Positions 50,311 through 62,800 of a stretch of DNA of 64,000 nt are shown piece by piece. The position numbers and the translations under genes were made by a program. Source of the DNA: Amoebophrya sp. A120 (Eukaryota; Protista; Dinoflagellata); assembly GCA_905178155.1 (NCBI GenBank), contig CAJINV010000016.1, positions 1,834,018 through 1,898,017 of the forward strand. The letters are read 5' to 3'. The notes under the pieces are model-generated. The model saw only the letters and a program-made list of their open reading frames with translations. It searched no databases and was not told the DNA's origin. Within the stretch, counting starts at the first letter, position 1. Each line of letters starts with the position of its first letter.

Positions 50311-53300
50311 AACAGGCGAGCATGCCATCCCACCTCAGGCACAGATTCACCCTCGGGCTCACCTTCATCAACCGAAGAACCTCCGTCCGGGGGAACGTAG
50401 AAGTTGAGGCACTCATCCACGCGGCGTTCCAATTCCAGCAATCGCGCCCCACACGGGTCCAGTGCGGCCAATTCCTCGGCGCGTATCGTAAGAAAAAATC
50501 CCCTTTCCCCATATCGAAAAGACACACTTCAGAAAATTTGCCATGCTGATTTGTGACCACAAATCGTCCCTGTCTTGCAAAGAGGCAACCCCACAGGCCC
50601 CGCCGCATTATGTAGGCGGTTTGTGATGCTACTGGGCCTATAGCATAGGCCTGTCGCATGCTAAGCACCTAGGCCAGCACCTCTCTACTCGGGCTTGATA
50701 TGGGCTTGCAGTCCTCGACTGCAAGAGAGATCCGATTTGTGTAAGCAAATCCAGCATCAGAAACTTCGTGTCGATATGGGGAGGGGGGATTTTTCCTTTT
50801 GATAGCGCGCTCGCGGTCCCCTGGATCGGCAAACCCGGCCTCCAGCGTCTCCCTATCGAGTGCAAAAAATATGTCTGGGTCTGGAAACCTGTGATGCATG
50901 TCGGTGAATAGAAAGCGCATGGTGATGCGCCGCCAAGCAAGACAAATTTTTCTGTGGCTCCATGTTGCGTAATCCGCATGACAAACAGCCTTCTTGCACG
51001 ACAGACAAGAGGACCTCTCGCTGGCCACGCAATACAGAGCTCAGCGTCATGCCAGACTAGCATGACAAGTCTTGCACTCTTCCGGACCCAGACATATTTG
51101 TATGTAATGCATACAGCCCAAGGTCGCGCAATTCGTCCAGCCGCGACGAAGCTTCGTCCAAAAATGGGTCGACGAGGCCGAGGTGTCGGTTGAATAGCTG
51201 CGATGAGGATTTTTCAACATCTTCACCGAAGTTGCAGTAGAAGCTGCCAGAGGATACTGCAGGAGACCCACCATCCGTCGCAGGAGCACTTGGCGCAGCC
51301 GGCTTGGTCATGCCGGCGGGGGGCCTGCAGCGAAACAGAGTTAGCGCATTTATGGGCTCCAAAATGCTGCTCCTGCATGAACCTCCTTGTTCCCCTGCAC
51401 TAGGATGAACGAGATCTCCTGACGAAGAAGCTGCTGCCGCGTCGGAAGATGATGCTGCCCCGGTGGAGGAGGTCCACTTCCTCCTGAAAAACTCGCGACA
51501 CATGCGATGCGCGCACTTGAGTTCTTCTTGTTTTTCCCTGAACTTCTCTATCCGCGCGCCCGGAGTGTTGCCGTACTTCTCGTCGGCGCTGCTGTGCCAA
51601 ACCCGGACAGCCCGGGGACGCAAGGAACAATCGATTTCCCGCTCGGTTTCTTTGCACAGCCGCCGCAGCCACAGCATATCCCGCTCCCGCTCCCGGCGCA
51701 ACTCCGAGGCCAAGGCCTTGCGCTTCCGCTCGTTTTCGGCGACCATGTGCCCGGCCACCCGTCGCCCGAACTCCTTATGCATTGCGAATATGTCTGGGTC
51801 TAAACGATTCTGAGACTTGTCATGCACGTTTTGCATGGGCCATGACGTCTGTGATGCATGCCCTAGCATCACAGATTCTTTGAGGGGTTCTTGGTACCTA
51901 TTTCGCATGACAAATGCACTCTCAGCGTAGCACCAATTAGATTTAGATTCCTTTTGCTGGCCTCGCAATACAGATTTCCTTGGAATCCAGATGCAGCATC
52001 ACAAGTTTACACCCTTCCAGACCCAGACATATTTGCAGTGCATACTCCTCCCCACGGGACAACAGCGGTTTTTGTGCTGCACGGGGCGGCGACGTCGCGG
52101 TGCCACTTATCAGAAGGAAACATCCCCCCTCCCCATATCGAAACGAAGTTTCTGATGCTGGATTTCCGTACACAGATCGGATTTGTCTTGCAGTACAGGA
52201 CTGCAGGCATATGTCAAGCCTCGGCCGAGAGGTTTTGACGTAGGCGCCTAGCATAACAAACGTGTATGCTCTAAGTCCAACAGCATCACAAACCGCCTGC
52301 AAAATGCAGGGGGCTCTCTGGACTTGCCTTCTTGCAAGACAGACAAGATTTGAGGTCACAAATGTGCATCACAAATTTTCAGATGGATGCGTTTTCAATA
52401 TGGGGAGGGGGGATTTTTCTTTACGATACCACTTGCCCCAACACCAGCGTGATGTGTTCCAGAAGGACCAGACGGATCTGAGCCGCTACCGCCCGGCGTC
52501 GAGGCCGCACCACCACTCGACGATTTCAGCGCAGGACCCTCACCAGAAGTTGTATGCAATACAAATGCCCCGTAGTACATGTACAAGATGCATCACAAAT
52601 TTCACCAATTTGGAGCGTAAGAACACTTGCCATGCTAAACTAGGAACGAAGCCCAGTTTTTTCATGCAGAAACTGCATTTGTACGTGTACGGGAATAAAT
52701 TTCCTGTAGATAACTTGTACCCTCATTGCACGAGGGGGACGCAAAGGACCAGGAGCCCCTTTGCAGGCCCGACCTATGATCCCCACAGCCCGTTTGTTGC
52801 AGCATCCCCTCGGCGAGGTGCTTAAGCTCGACCGGAAAATATTGCTGCACGAAATGGTGCAGTAGCCTCCCGACGTCCCTCTCGTCGAGCAGGACCTCTT
52901 GACGTACGCGACCAGTGACAGGATCGGCAACGAGAGTTTTGTCAGGCAAATCAGTTTTGTGCCACCAGTCCCACCTGTCCAATTCTGATTCTGAACGAAT
53001 TCGCAGGTTGAACAGAAAACGGGCTAGTTTGTACAACACACCAGACTTCCACAGAAAGTACTCGTAGCAAGGGCGCTCTAATTCGTCTCTCTTCGCCAGA
53101 ACAGGTAGTTTCGGAAGAGACAACTGGCCGCGAGCTGTATTTTCGTGGACTTCGGCAATTGGAGCGATTCGGTGATGCCGGTCGTCGGTGCAGGAATTTA
53201 TTTCGTGCAGTTCGTCAGGCCCCCTCGCAACGGCCTTAGCCCAATACTGCGTCCAGAATTTTCTGAATTCTGCCTCCATCCATTGCGGCAAGACTTCCGC

Positions 53301-56300
53301 CTTAAACTTTTCCTTCCAAGCTGCCAACGCGCGCGCGCAGGCCTCGGACTTGCAGGCGGGGTTTATTTTCAGCCGATTTATTTGTAGTTCATCTTCATCG
53401 CAGCCTGTTGCCTCGTCCAATACCTCCTCGGGACTTTCACTTTCTGCCCGCTCAAACGCTGGCAGTGGACAAGAATTGTTGTATAGTAGGCAATCCTTGC
53501 GCTTCAACTGCTTTAGCATGTGATCGCTGGCTTCGTCACGTAGTGTGGTGGAAGACATCAAACTCCTTTTAAAGTAGTCAACACAAAAACGCCAAGAAAA
53601 AGCGTCGTTACCGCAGTCAACACGAAAACGCCTATCCTGTTCCACCCGATGGCGCCGAAGCTTTGCGCTTGGCCCGCGGCCATACAGATCCATAGCGTGG
53701 TCGGTCCATCGTCGGGAATCCGCGTCACAGGGTGCGGTTTCCAAGAACTCTCTTTCAGGGGTGCTATCACGTGCAACCTGTGGATGTGGTACATGATCTT
53801 GTGGTCATATATCTTGTGGTCATATACAGCGACACATGATGACTCCGAAGCTGCAAGCAAAATACTCACGGAGCCCTGCCTTGCCGCCATGCAAAGCAAA
53901 TGTATCAGAAGACTCCTAAGTAGTAGTTGTCATAAACTTGAGCTTCTGCTTATCATGCTCTTATGCTCATACGAGAAGAGCCCCCAGTGTCACAGCCACG
54001 CCATTAACATCATCAACTTCAGCAGTTTTGCACAGGATAGCACTCTAGCTGCAACATCCTCGCCACCACAATCAACCACCGCCCCAAGGTCCGCGAGAAA
54101 TAAGGCGGTTTCTCTGCCGAATACAGTGGGTTCTCTTCCAGCGAAAAATACCGCCCAGTGCTTAACGGGGGACGACCAGGCGGTGACCCACCACGTGCTC
54201 GACAACCCTCCATCACGATTTTGGTTTCCAGTCGTTTACGTCCGATATCTCTATAGGACCAAAAACATCGCGGCTCGCGGGACGGACACAATCTAACCTT
54301 GTCGAAAAATCGCTGCTCGCGGGTCTCCGCATCGCACAGCCACCACTGCTCGTCAAACTTGTCGTGCAGCGAAATTTCTCTCGGAGAGGAGAAAACGTAG
54401 GATGGAGCGACGGAGAAAAAGTGGGGTTCTGCCCGTGAGAAATCGTAGCCTGGTCGTGCGCTTCTACCCTTAGTACTCTTCCGGAACCAGAAATCATTCT
54501 GAAAGTGAAACTTCAGCGTATCCGGCTGTCTGTACCGCAAACCTTCCTCATCTGAGGGGCGCCGCTGCCGCACACGCTGCAGGCACACCCGGCTACCATT
54601 ATTTCCGCCACTTAAATCCGTGTGTGCTTTAATCTTAAACCGAACTGAACCGTTACTTAAATTATAACCTGGCACTTGTTCTGAGGACGCACCAGAGGAC
54701 TGCTCCTGCGATGCAGCTGCACTAAAAAATGCGGACTTGAGTAGGGGAAAAGCCTCGATTTCTTTACTCGGGTTCCGATATAAGAGCACAAACCACGGGT
54801 GCGCGTTACCCTTCTTCTGTTGCGCCAAGCACCACTGCTCCTGCAGTAGCGGCGTGACGGCGCCATCTGTTCTGCCAATGTCTTCCGCGGTGGGGGCGTA
54901 GACCTTCCACAAATAGTCGAACGGGTCGAATTCCAGTTTCTGCACGCAGTGGCAGTGTTCCAGCACGGAAGACCACTGGACGAGGTTCGAATCCCCATGC
55001 AGGAGACCACCGCCGACCTGGTTCATGATCTCTGCCCGGACCGGCGGCAACCCGAGCCCTTTGTTATACCCGTTGGTAAACTGAAACGCTATGGAGAGAA
55101 AAAAGTTTGTCACAGTCACTAAGTTGCAGGTTTTGCATTACAAATCTTTTTTTGCATCACAACTTCTCCTTGTGTTGCAGAAACACTAGGGAAATCCCTC
55201 TCGAAGTGTGGCTGTGATGCATTTTTACGCATGACAGACAGTTTTGTCTTGCAAAAATGCCCATGAGTGATCGTGACGAACTTTTTTTGTTTGATAAACG
55301 CATCTGTAGTTTTAGTACTCCTTGAAGCAGACTCGCACCAGTCGGTACCGCGAAAGGCGAACGCCTCAGCAAGGGCGCGGGTCTGTCGGAATGAACTACT
55401 CCAGCCCCGCGGTGAATCTAACAGAGTGAATTCCGCATCCCCCGCGACACAGAAGTGGCTACTTTCGGCCGTTTTTTCCGGTAACCGCATCAAGCAAACG
55501 CCGTCGACGGCGGGGTTCATCGTCTTCGAAGATTCATTTTCGTCCAAAGATGACAGCACGACTCGAAAATTCCGCCGCACGTAGGTGTCCGGACTCTCTG
55601 CTCCTGCTCTACCCCGAACAAAGTACAGGAACCGTGTGCTGGCACTGGCCTTCTGCTCCTCCTGGCAAAAAGCGGCCGCTTGCGCTCGTTGCGCTTGCTC
55701 GCTCGCAGATAAAGAAATATCAGATAAAGAAATCGCAGATAAAGAACTCGCCGCTAATTTCAGTTTCAGATGCAGGTTCGGATTGTAGACGGCCCACTGA
55801 AAATCCGCTGGATCATAGGCGAGTCGCTGGACGCAGTGGCAGTGCTGGCGTTCCACGAATCGGCGCCGTTCCAAGTAGGCCTTGAGCACGGCTTTTTTGT
55901 GTTCATGCCATAGCGCACCCGAAGCTTCTTCTACTTTCTTCGCTCCTGCCATGTTGACTTGCCAAAACCGATCCATTTCGTCCTCCATGTCGGCCCACGA
56001 CATTATGGAAGAAAAAAAGTGTGTAAGTGTAACTTTGTAATGCAGCACACGCAACAGAGTTACACCTGTCATGCCAGACAGCCACGAAGTTTTCTTTTCC
56101 TGTGTGTTTTCCCTTACAGGCCACGCATGACAGCTTTTCTCTGTCATGTAGAGCAATTTGTGATGCTGTCAGCCAAAGATAGTTACACTAACACAGTTTT
56201 TTTCTTGCATAGACATGATCCCTGTGTCCATGGTCTCCCCACGCGCATCGCGGCCCCGCGCCGCTCGGCACTGCGGTCGGGTTAGATCGGACACGCAGAC

Positions 56301-59300
56301 ATACGCAATTTTCCCCGTCAGCTGGGCAAACAAGCGCGGCATCTTCGTCAACAAGTTTCTCAACCGCGGCGGCGGGAGCTGCGGGGTCTCGTGATTTTTA
56401 TACACGGAGGTGTCCCTTCCAGACGCGGCCTCTTGCCACTCCCACACCGTGGGTGCCGCGAGTGGTCTGTGCCGAGTCGACCACTGGCGCAGCTCGTCGG
56501 TGCCAACCTCCTCCCGCGCCACCTCCTCCAGCTCTCGCACAGTCATGTCCGCGTGCGGGTACAGCCGCAGAGAGGTCAAATAGGACCACGGTGAGTAGAA
56601 CCGGTTTGCTTCGCCATGCTGCGTATAGGGTGTTGTTCGTGGTGCTGCCCCCCCGACCGTTTGACCGACGCGCTCCATGGCTCGAAAGTGGGCCAAGACA
56701 TTATGGCGTTCCCAACTGTTACATTCTCAACTGTTACATGAACCTGTGATGCAAGAATGGGAAAAGTGGAAGGGGGAAGGTTGCATCTGTAGCATTACAA
56801 ATTCCGCACAGATTTAGGCACGGTTTAGGCCTTCACAAATTTGTCATGCGGAGCAGCTTGATCGTGAGGATGATGATGGTGCTTCTGCATGACAAATTCA
56901 TGTAACAGTTGAGAATGTCAAGATTGAGAATCCCATAGACATTCGTGCCGTTGCTGAAATACAGGTAAAACGGGTTCTCGCGCACCTCTTCGCGTTTGGA
57001 TATCGTAAGGAAAAATCCGCCCTCCCGATATCAAAAAGGAAATTTGTGGCGCTGGATTTGCGTACACAAATAAACTCTCGCTGTCTTGCAGTAAGACATC
57101 GCAGCCAGATCCTCAGCCTAGGTAGGCGCGTTTGGGTCTAGTTGTTTGGAATTACAAACGGCTGCCCCCTAGGCCCGGCAGCATGTCAAATCGCTTCCAT
57201 AATGGCCCGGAAGCCCCTGCACTTGTCTTCTTGCAAGACAGACGTGATTTGTGGTCTCAAATCAGCAACACAAATTTTCGGACTCATACTGTTTCGATAT
57301 GGGGAGGGGGGATTTTTCGTTTTGATATTGGAGCGTAGGAAGCCAGACCGCAAGCCGGGCAAGTCGAAGCTCAACGCGTCCGTGTGGTCGAAGATGATGT
57401 TGGTGGCTGTACTAAGCTCTAGATCCTTTATTCCGTCATCGCGTGGTTCAAGCCCAGCAGGAAAAGTCGTCGCAGTCGCTCTACTAATCTTATCAAATGC
57501 AAACATGTCTGGGTCTGGAAGAGTGTGATGCTGTTTGTGCATGGCACAGAAGGTGTAGCATGTAAGTCCTAGCAACACAGATTTTGAGGAGGTTAAGCGA
57601 TGCCTAATTATCCCCATGGCAAGTTTGTCCCTCTTTTGGTGACAAGAAATGAGCAACTTTTGCGTTCCATGCATGACAGATTTTTTTCTACTGGTCTCAA
57701 ATGCGCATCAGAAGTTTACATGTTTGTGTTTCTAGACCCAGACATGTTTGCAATGCATACATCGCTACACGCTTCGCCCCCGTGGCGGAGGCCGTTGCCA
57801 AGGCCCACGCGGCAGTGTCGAACGGGGCCACACTGACAAACCCGTGGTCATCCGGGGCCTCGAACTGAGCTGCGGCGGTTAGGAATTCTTGGTTCGGATC
57901 TCCCGAATGTTGCTCAGGCGCGGACCCGTCGCCCGCGACGGTTGAAGACGCTGGTGCAGACGACGATGCACTGGCGCCACTGCTCGGCGACAGCGAGGAC
58001 TCCTCGGGGGATGTAGGAGCAGTGTGCTGACCCGAATGACGAGACAGAGGCAACGACCAAAATTTCGCCCCATGCGGTCCCAGCACGTGCCAACGCAAAA
58101 CCTGGTGTGCAGTTGACGGCTGGCGCCACGGCGACGTCGCACCGCGTGTGGTCGAAGGTGACAGCACCGCCACGAGAGGCCGCAACATCGTGATCTCAAA
58201 AGCATGCCTGTTTTCAGAGGGACCAAGGACACCATACGCCACGAGGTCCGCAACAGTAGCGGTCGGATTTTTCTCCCCTGGAAGAGACTCGCCCCGGAAG
58301 GTCGCGACGTCCGTAGCCACAGTGTCAAACGCAAATAAGTGTCTGGATCTAGACGTTGGCTCCACTTCCAAGACCTTTCATGCATAAGTACTTGGCATGC
58401 CCCTCGTGGTTCTGTAGTCTCCGCACAGTTCTTTCCCATGCCCCTCGTGTCACGCACAAACGCAGTTTCCCATGCGGACTACGCAACACAGAACCACACA
58501 GAGAAAAATCTGACATGCTTGGCTGTGTGTGCATTGGCTTCCGATTCGTAAACAAGCATTCCAACTTTCCAGACCCAGATCGATATTTGCAGTACATACA
58601 CATCGTAGTGCTGTAAAACAGTGGTAGAAGCACCGGCGAGAGGATCCACAAACTTCCGGGAATGCAGGAATTGCCGCCAATACTCGTCTCGCCGGGCGTT
58701 CCTGATAACCCAAATCCCGCTCAGACTCACCAGTGGCCGGGCCGAGAATCCGGCGCTCGCGTAGGCGAACAGTTTGCGGACGTCGTCGACCTGGTCCTGT
58801 TTCACGCGCATGTGCTCGACGTGATAGCACCAGCAGGGCAGGTGCTCGGCCTCCTGGTCTAAGGCGGCCAGCTGCTCGTCCCGTATTGATTTGCCCGCCG
58901 TGCGGAACTCCGCGAGTTTCTTCTTACCAACCTCTTGCGCCTTTTGAGCAAGGTCGTGGGCGTTGCTTTCCTTCCTCTCCCGCGCACTACGATTTTCTTC
59001 CCGGTAGTATTCATCTCGGCCCCGAGATGTTCCAACCACTGGCACCATGTCCCCAGGACCGTTGAACTCCTGCTCTTGCGGCATTGGCCTTGGCCCGGTC
59101 TCTCCCCACTTTCTGTACTGGGCCTGCCGCGTCCACGGCTCCGCAAGAAGGGGCAGAGGTTTTCCTTTTTGTTTTGTACTTTTTTCTTTTTGTTCTTCCT
59201 CCGCCTGCATTAACTCCATGTCCGCTGCCCAAGGCCAGATGCTCCGCTCCGGCGCTGGACCCCGGATCTCGCGCACAGCGCGTTGATGCTCCGTGCTCTC

Positions 59301-61726
59301 CAAAAAACGCCGGCACTTATGTCGGCTTACAACTTCTAACACGCGGAGCCGAGGTCCCGCCGCAAAATCCCGCTTCGTTAATCTGTCATCCTTGATTTCT
59401 TTGTGCAGCTTTCGATAGAGATTCCGGGCGTGGTGCAGGCTCAGCCGCTGAAAATCATTCGTCAGCTCGCTCACGTCTGTGGGCTCCTTGGTCACGGAGT
59501 CACTTGATCCGCCAATCCGGTCACTGGCCGTAGACATAAGGGCTTTTTCTTCTTCTCTTTCTTCTTCTTCTTCGCTGCGCAAAGCCCTCTGTGGTCGTTC
59601 TGCTCCTGGAGCATGCGTCTCTGGTCCTGGGGCGTACCCCAAAACCTGCTGGTCAGTCGTGTGACGCGGGTTATGGATTGCAAAGATGTAGTTGACTGGG
59701 CGTGGAAGTTGTAGTACACTCATCTCCATGTCGTGTTTGTCATGCGCCTTGTTCTGGATGTTTACTAAGAACGCAAGAGCGTATGTGGACGCGCCAACGT
59801 CGAGGACTGTCGCGTGAGCGATTACATGCCGTCCTACAACCAGAGAGAACACTCCTAAGCTATCGAGGTACCCTCATGGTCATGGTACTACGGATTTCTA
59901 ATGTATATGATTCTTCCTACTACTGGCTTCATACCTGAAGCCATTCTGGCACTATGTTCCCTTGATGTCCATTGTCATGGTTGTGAGTGTGGTTTGTGCC
60001 TGGTCGCGCCACGACAGACCCACAAGAGTTTCCTGATCGACCTCTCTCTGCGAAGAGAGTTAGTAGGCCTGAATATCCTGTGTCGGCATTTCCTGAGATG
60101 GTTGCGCGTGGCCCCGCGTGCCACGACAACATCGCTACTACTTTCCTGAGTTCGCGATCATCTGTGACGCCACATGCGCCGTGCAGATTTCCCCGTCGTG
60201 TGCTGGATCTTTCTAGTCCACCTGTGATCCTACTCATGATCCTACTGCTGATCCTCTAGACCCATCTACATCATTCTGGACCTCTCTGATCATCTTGGAG
60301 CATGTAAGGCACTGACATCAGTCCTGCATGAACTGCAGCTGCGGGTGCGTGAACCCGATAGCTAGCTTGTCCCCGCACAGTTATGAGTTATTCAGGTCGA
60401 TAACTAGTTACTGGCAATAAACTCACTGATGAAGTGAGTTATGTTGAGAGCCCGTCGAGGACTTTTCTACAGAGTTATGAGCCCACGGCTGACGTGCAAT
60501 AGCAATAGCGAAAAAGGTTTTGAGGAGGTTTATCAATGCCTAGTACCCCGCATGACAAAGTCCAGATAGTGTCGGTGGAAACGGACTATTAGTCTTGCTG
60601 TCCATGCACATTTTGACAGGGATTTCATTTTGTATGATCTAAAACGTGTTGTATCACAGGATATTACTACCAGCCGCCTTCCAGAGGAGCATTCAAATAA
60701 CTACATATTTGCAGTTGATAAGGGTGGTATTTGCGCAATTCGTTCCTCAAATATTCGTGACTGGCGTTGCATCCGGGCAGTGTGCGCATCGCCGACGCAG
60801 CCGCGATCGCCCAGTCATCGAAACGACCGTTTTCGGCGTGAAGCTTTTCACTCGAGGGTGTGCGGTAACGGGCCCCCTCGCGATTCATCTCGCGCGCCGT
60901 GCGTGTAGTGGTGCCCACGTGCGAGGCGGCCGAGGCGGCGGAGACAAAAAAATACGATCCCGGACTGGCATGACCACTAGAATTGAAACTATCCAAGGTC
61001 GTCCTCGTCGTTGTTCCATCTCCTTCTAGCACCGGAGGAGCACGTAGAAGAGCCGTTGTCCACTCGCGGTAGAGTAGGTAAGCTGCGACGGACCACAAGT
61101 AGAACAGTGGGCCGGGAATGAACGTATATCAAGAGTAAAAATGTCTGGGTCTGGAAACTTGTGATGCTGGATGGCGTCTCATGATGAGGCTACGAATACT
61201 GACTCAGCATGACAAGTTTCTGAGCTCCTAGGTGTTGCCTATTCTGCATGACAAACTGCGCTTCTGCATCACAGAAAAACGGAGCTCTTGGGTAACGTGC
61301 ATCACAGATTTAAGACTCATGCCAGAAAAGCATGACAAACATGAATTCTTCCAGACCCAGACATTTTTACAGTTGATAACGTAGTAACCCTGCTGATGTC
61401 CCGACAGGGGCGGAAATATGTTAAATATCAAATGTAAAAATGTCTGGGTCTGGAAACTTGTGATGCTGGGTGGCGTCTCATGATGAGGCCACAAGTGCTG
61501 GCTCAGCATGACAAGTTTCTGAGCTTCTAGGTGTTGCCTATTCTGCATGACAAACTGCGTTTCTGCATCACAGAAAAATGGAGCTCTTGGGTAACGTGCA
61601 TGACAGATTTCAGAGCCATGCCAGACAAGCATGACAAACATGCATTCTTCCAGACCCAGACATTTTTACATTTGATATTAAAGGACCTTTGTGGTCCATT
61701 TTCGACGGATATGGTGCAGCTGTCAT
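50226..61726 (-). CDS. Giant hypothetical protein, ~2247 aa, 16 exons, 15 introner introns
   Basis: Exon sum is 6744 nt with no stop codon when each element plus 5 bp is removed. Internal repeated motif HCHCVQ(R/K)LxxDPxDxxWxVYxP. Confidence 0.7.
50484..50804. mobile_element. Introner family C
   Basis: TIRs; flanks GCGCG/GCGCG. Confidence 0.9.
50854..51113. mobile_element. Introner family A (diverged)
   Basis: TIRs; flanks CTCCC/CAGCC; frame restored. Confidence 0.85.
51776..52044. mobile_element. Introner family A
   Basis: TIRs; flanks CTCCT/CTCCT. Confidence 0.9.
52108..52428. mobile_element. Introner family C (opposite orientation to 50484-50804)
   Basis: TIRs; flanks CCACT/CCACT. Confidence 0.9.
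52553..52712. mobile_element. Introner family F, 160 bp
   Basis: Imperfect TIR (CCCGTA..CATGTACAA); flanks AGTTG/ACTTG; frame restored. Confidence 0.75.
53765..54039. mobile_element. Degenerate family G-like introner
   Basis: Ends TATCACGTGCAA / TTGCACAGGATA. No direct repeat (GGTGC/GCACT), but removal plus 5 bp restores the frame. Confidence 0.6.
55090..55296. mobile_element. Introner family B variant, 207 bp
   Basis: TIRs; flanks AACGC/AACGC. Confidence 0.85.
56004..56211. mobile_element. Introner family B
   Basis: TIRs; flanks GACAT/GACAT. Confidence 0.9.
56702..56937. mobile_element. Introner related to family E (TGTTACATTCTCAAC subterminal repeats), 236 bp
   Basis: TIRs; flanks GACAT/GACAT. 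Confidence 0.85.
57001..57327. mobile_element. Introner family C, near-identical to 47837-48159
   Basis: TIRs; flanks TTGGA/TTGGA. Confidence 0.9.
57491..57759. mobile_element. Introner family A (diverged)
   Basis: TIRs; flanks AATCT/CATCG; frame restored. Confidence 0.85.
58323..58598. mobile_element. Introner family A (diverged, starts with TGT)
   Basis: TIRs; flanks CACAG/CACAT; frame restored. Confidence 0.8.
59672..60720. mobile_element. Expanded, degenerate family A-like introner (1049 bp)
   Basis: Ends TATGGATTGCAAAGATGTAGTT / AACTACATATTTGCAGTTGATA; flanks CGGGT/AGGGT; frame restored (YHP|RHTT). Confidence 0.72.
61127..61378. mobile_element. Introner family A (252 bp)
   Basis: TIRs; flanks ACGTA/ACGTA. 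Confidence 0.9.
61426..61677. mobile_element. Introner family A (252 bp), close relative of the adjacent copy
   Basis: TIRs; flanks TTAAA/TTAAA. Confidence 0.9.
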
Positions 61727-62800
61727 TTTCGTCCTGCTCCTGCACGCCTGATATAAGTTTTGTCCACCGCGGCCCGATGGAACTGTTGTAGTGGAGTGTG
61801 AATCTTCACACAAACAAAAAAAGACCTGGTATGTACTTGAACTTGCGTATGCAAACCAAAGCAGCAAGTGTAGGTATAGGCCTTCTAATGTAGCTAGGAA
61901 GTGAAAAGAGGTTCTTTCGTGTTGATCCTAGACCTCTACGATGATCAAATCTGACACTGTCCGTCAGATCAAAGCCCTGCGCGACAAAATGGTGGTCAAT
62001 TGTACCATTGGATCAACATGCTCAAGAACGTAAAGGAGTGCTGTAGTTCCCACTCCATGATAAAGATAAGGCACTTAGCTCTGATCCACACCGCGGCGGC
62101 GCGGTATTAACGCTACTGAAGTACAAATAAGTTCAAATAAGTAGGAGATCCTTGTCTTCTACTCTGATGGCAAAGATCATTCTCTGCACCATCTAAATAG
62201 AACTACCAAAACGTCGTGCGACAAAGCTCCTGATAACAAGCTACTATTGCAGATCGAAAACTTCCCCTTCTATCTTCGTTTTCTTTTCTAGCGGAGATCT
62301 GTCCGAAGATGCACCGTACTGATAATGGCGGTGGTGGCAGTGGTGCATTGCAATTGCTTGTGCTTCTGCTTGCAGCTTACATTAACTCTAATACAACCTC
62401 CGGGCTTATCAATACTTGCGACCGTGGCCGCTTTCTTTGATCCCGCCTAGTGTGGCTTTCGATGTTGTCAGAATGCAGTTTCAGTTGCTCTTATTTATCG
62501 TAACAAAACTTGAGGGCAACCCACTTCTAAAGGTCGGCCAAGACACGTCTTGGTCTTTCACAACGTGGAAATAAACCTATTAAACACCTGCAACGACACG
62601 AAAAGTTACGCTTCAGACCAACGCGCAAGCAAATGCAAGTCCCCAGCTCGTTTCTGCGAGCTGCAAGATGTTGACCTGCTTCTTGTCGTGCACGTTGATA
62701 CACCGTCTGTGACCAATCAGAAGAAAACCGATGAATCCCTCGTACAGAGTTTCGTTTGGTTTGCAACTCCCCCTGGTGGACGTGGAAAAATGAACCTAAA

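Noticed and set aside
11820-61726. Transposon-disrupted pseudogenes
   Set aside because: The stitched exons have no stops or frameshifts, and catalytic motifs (kinase, RBR, TTL) are intact.
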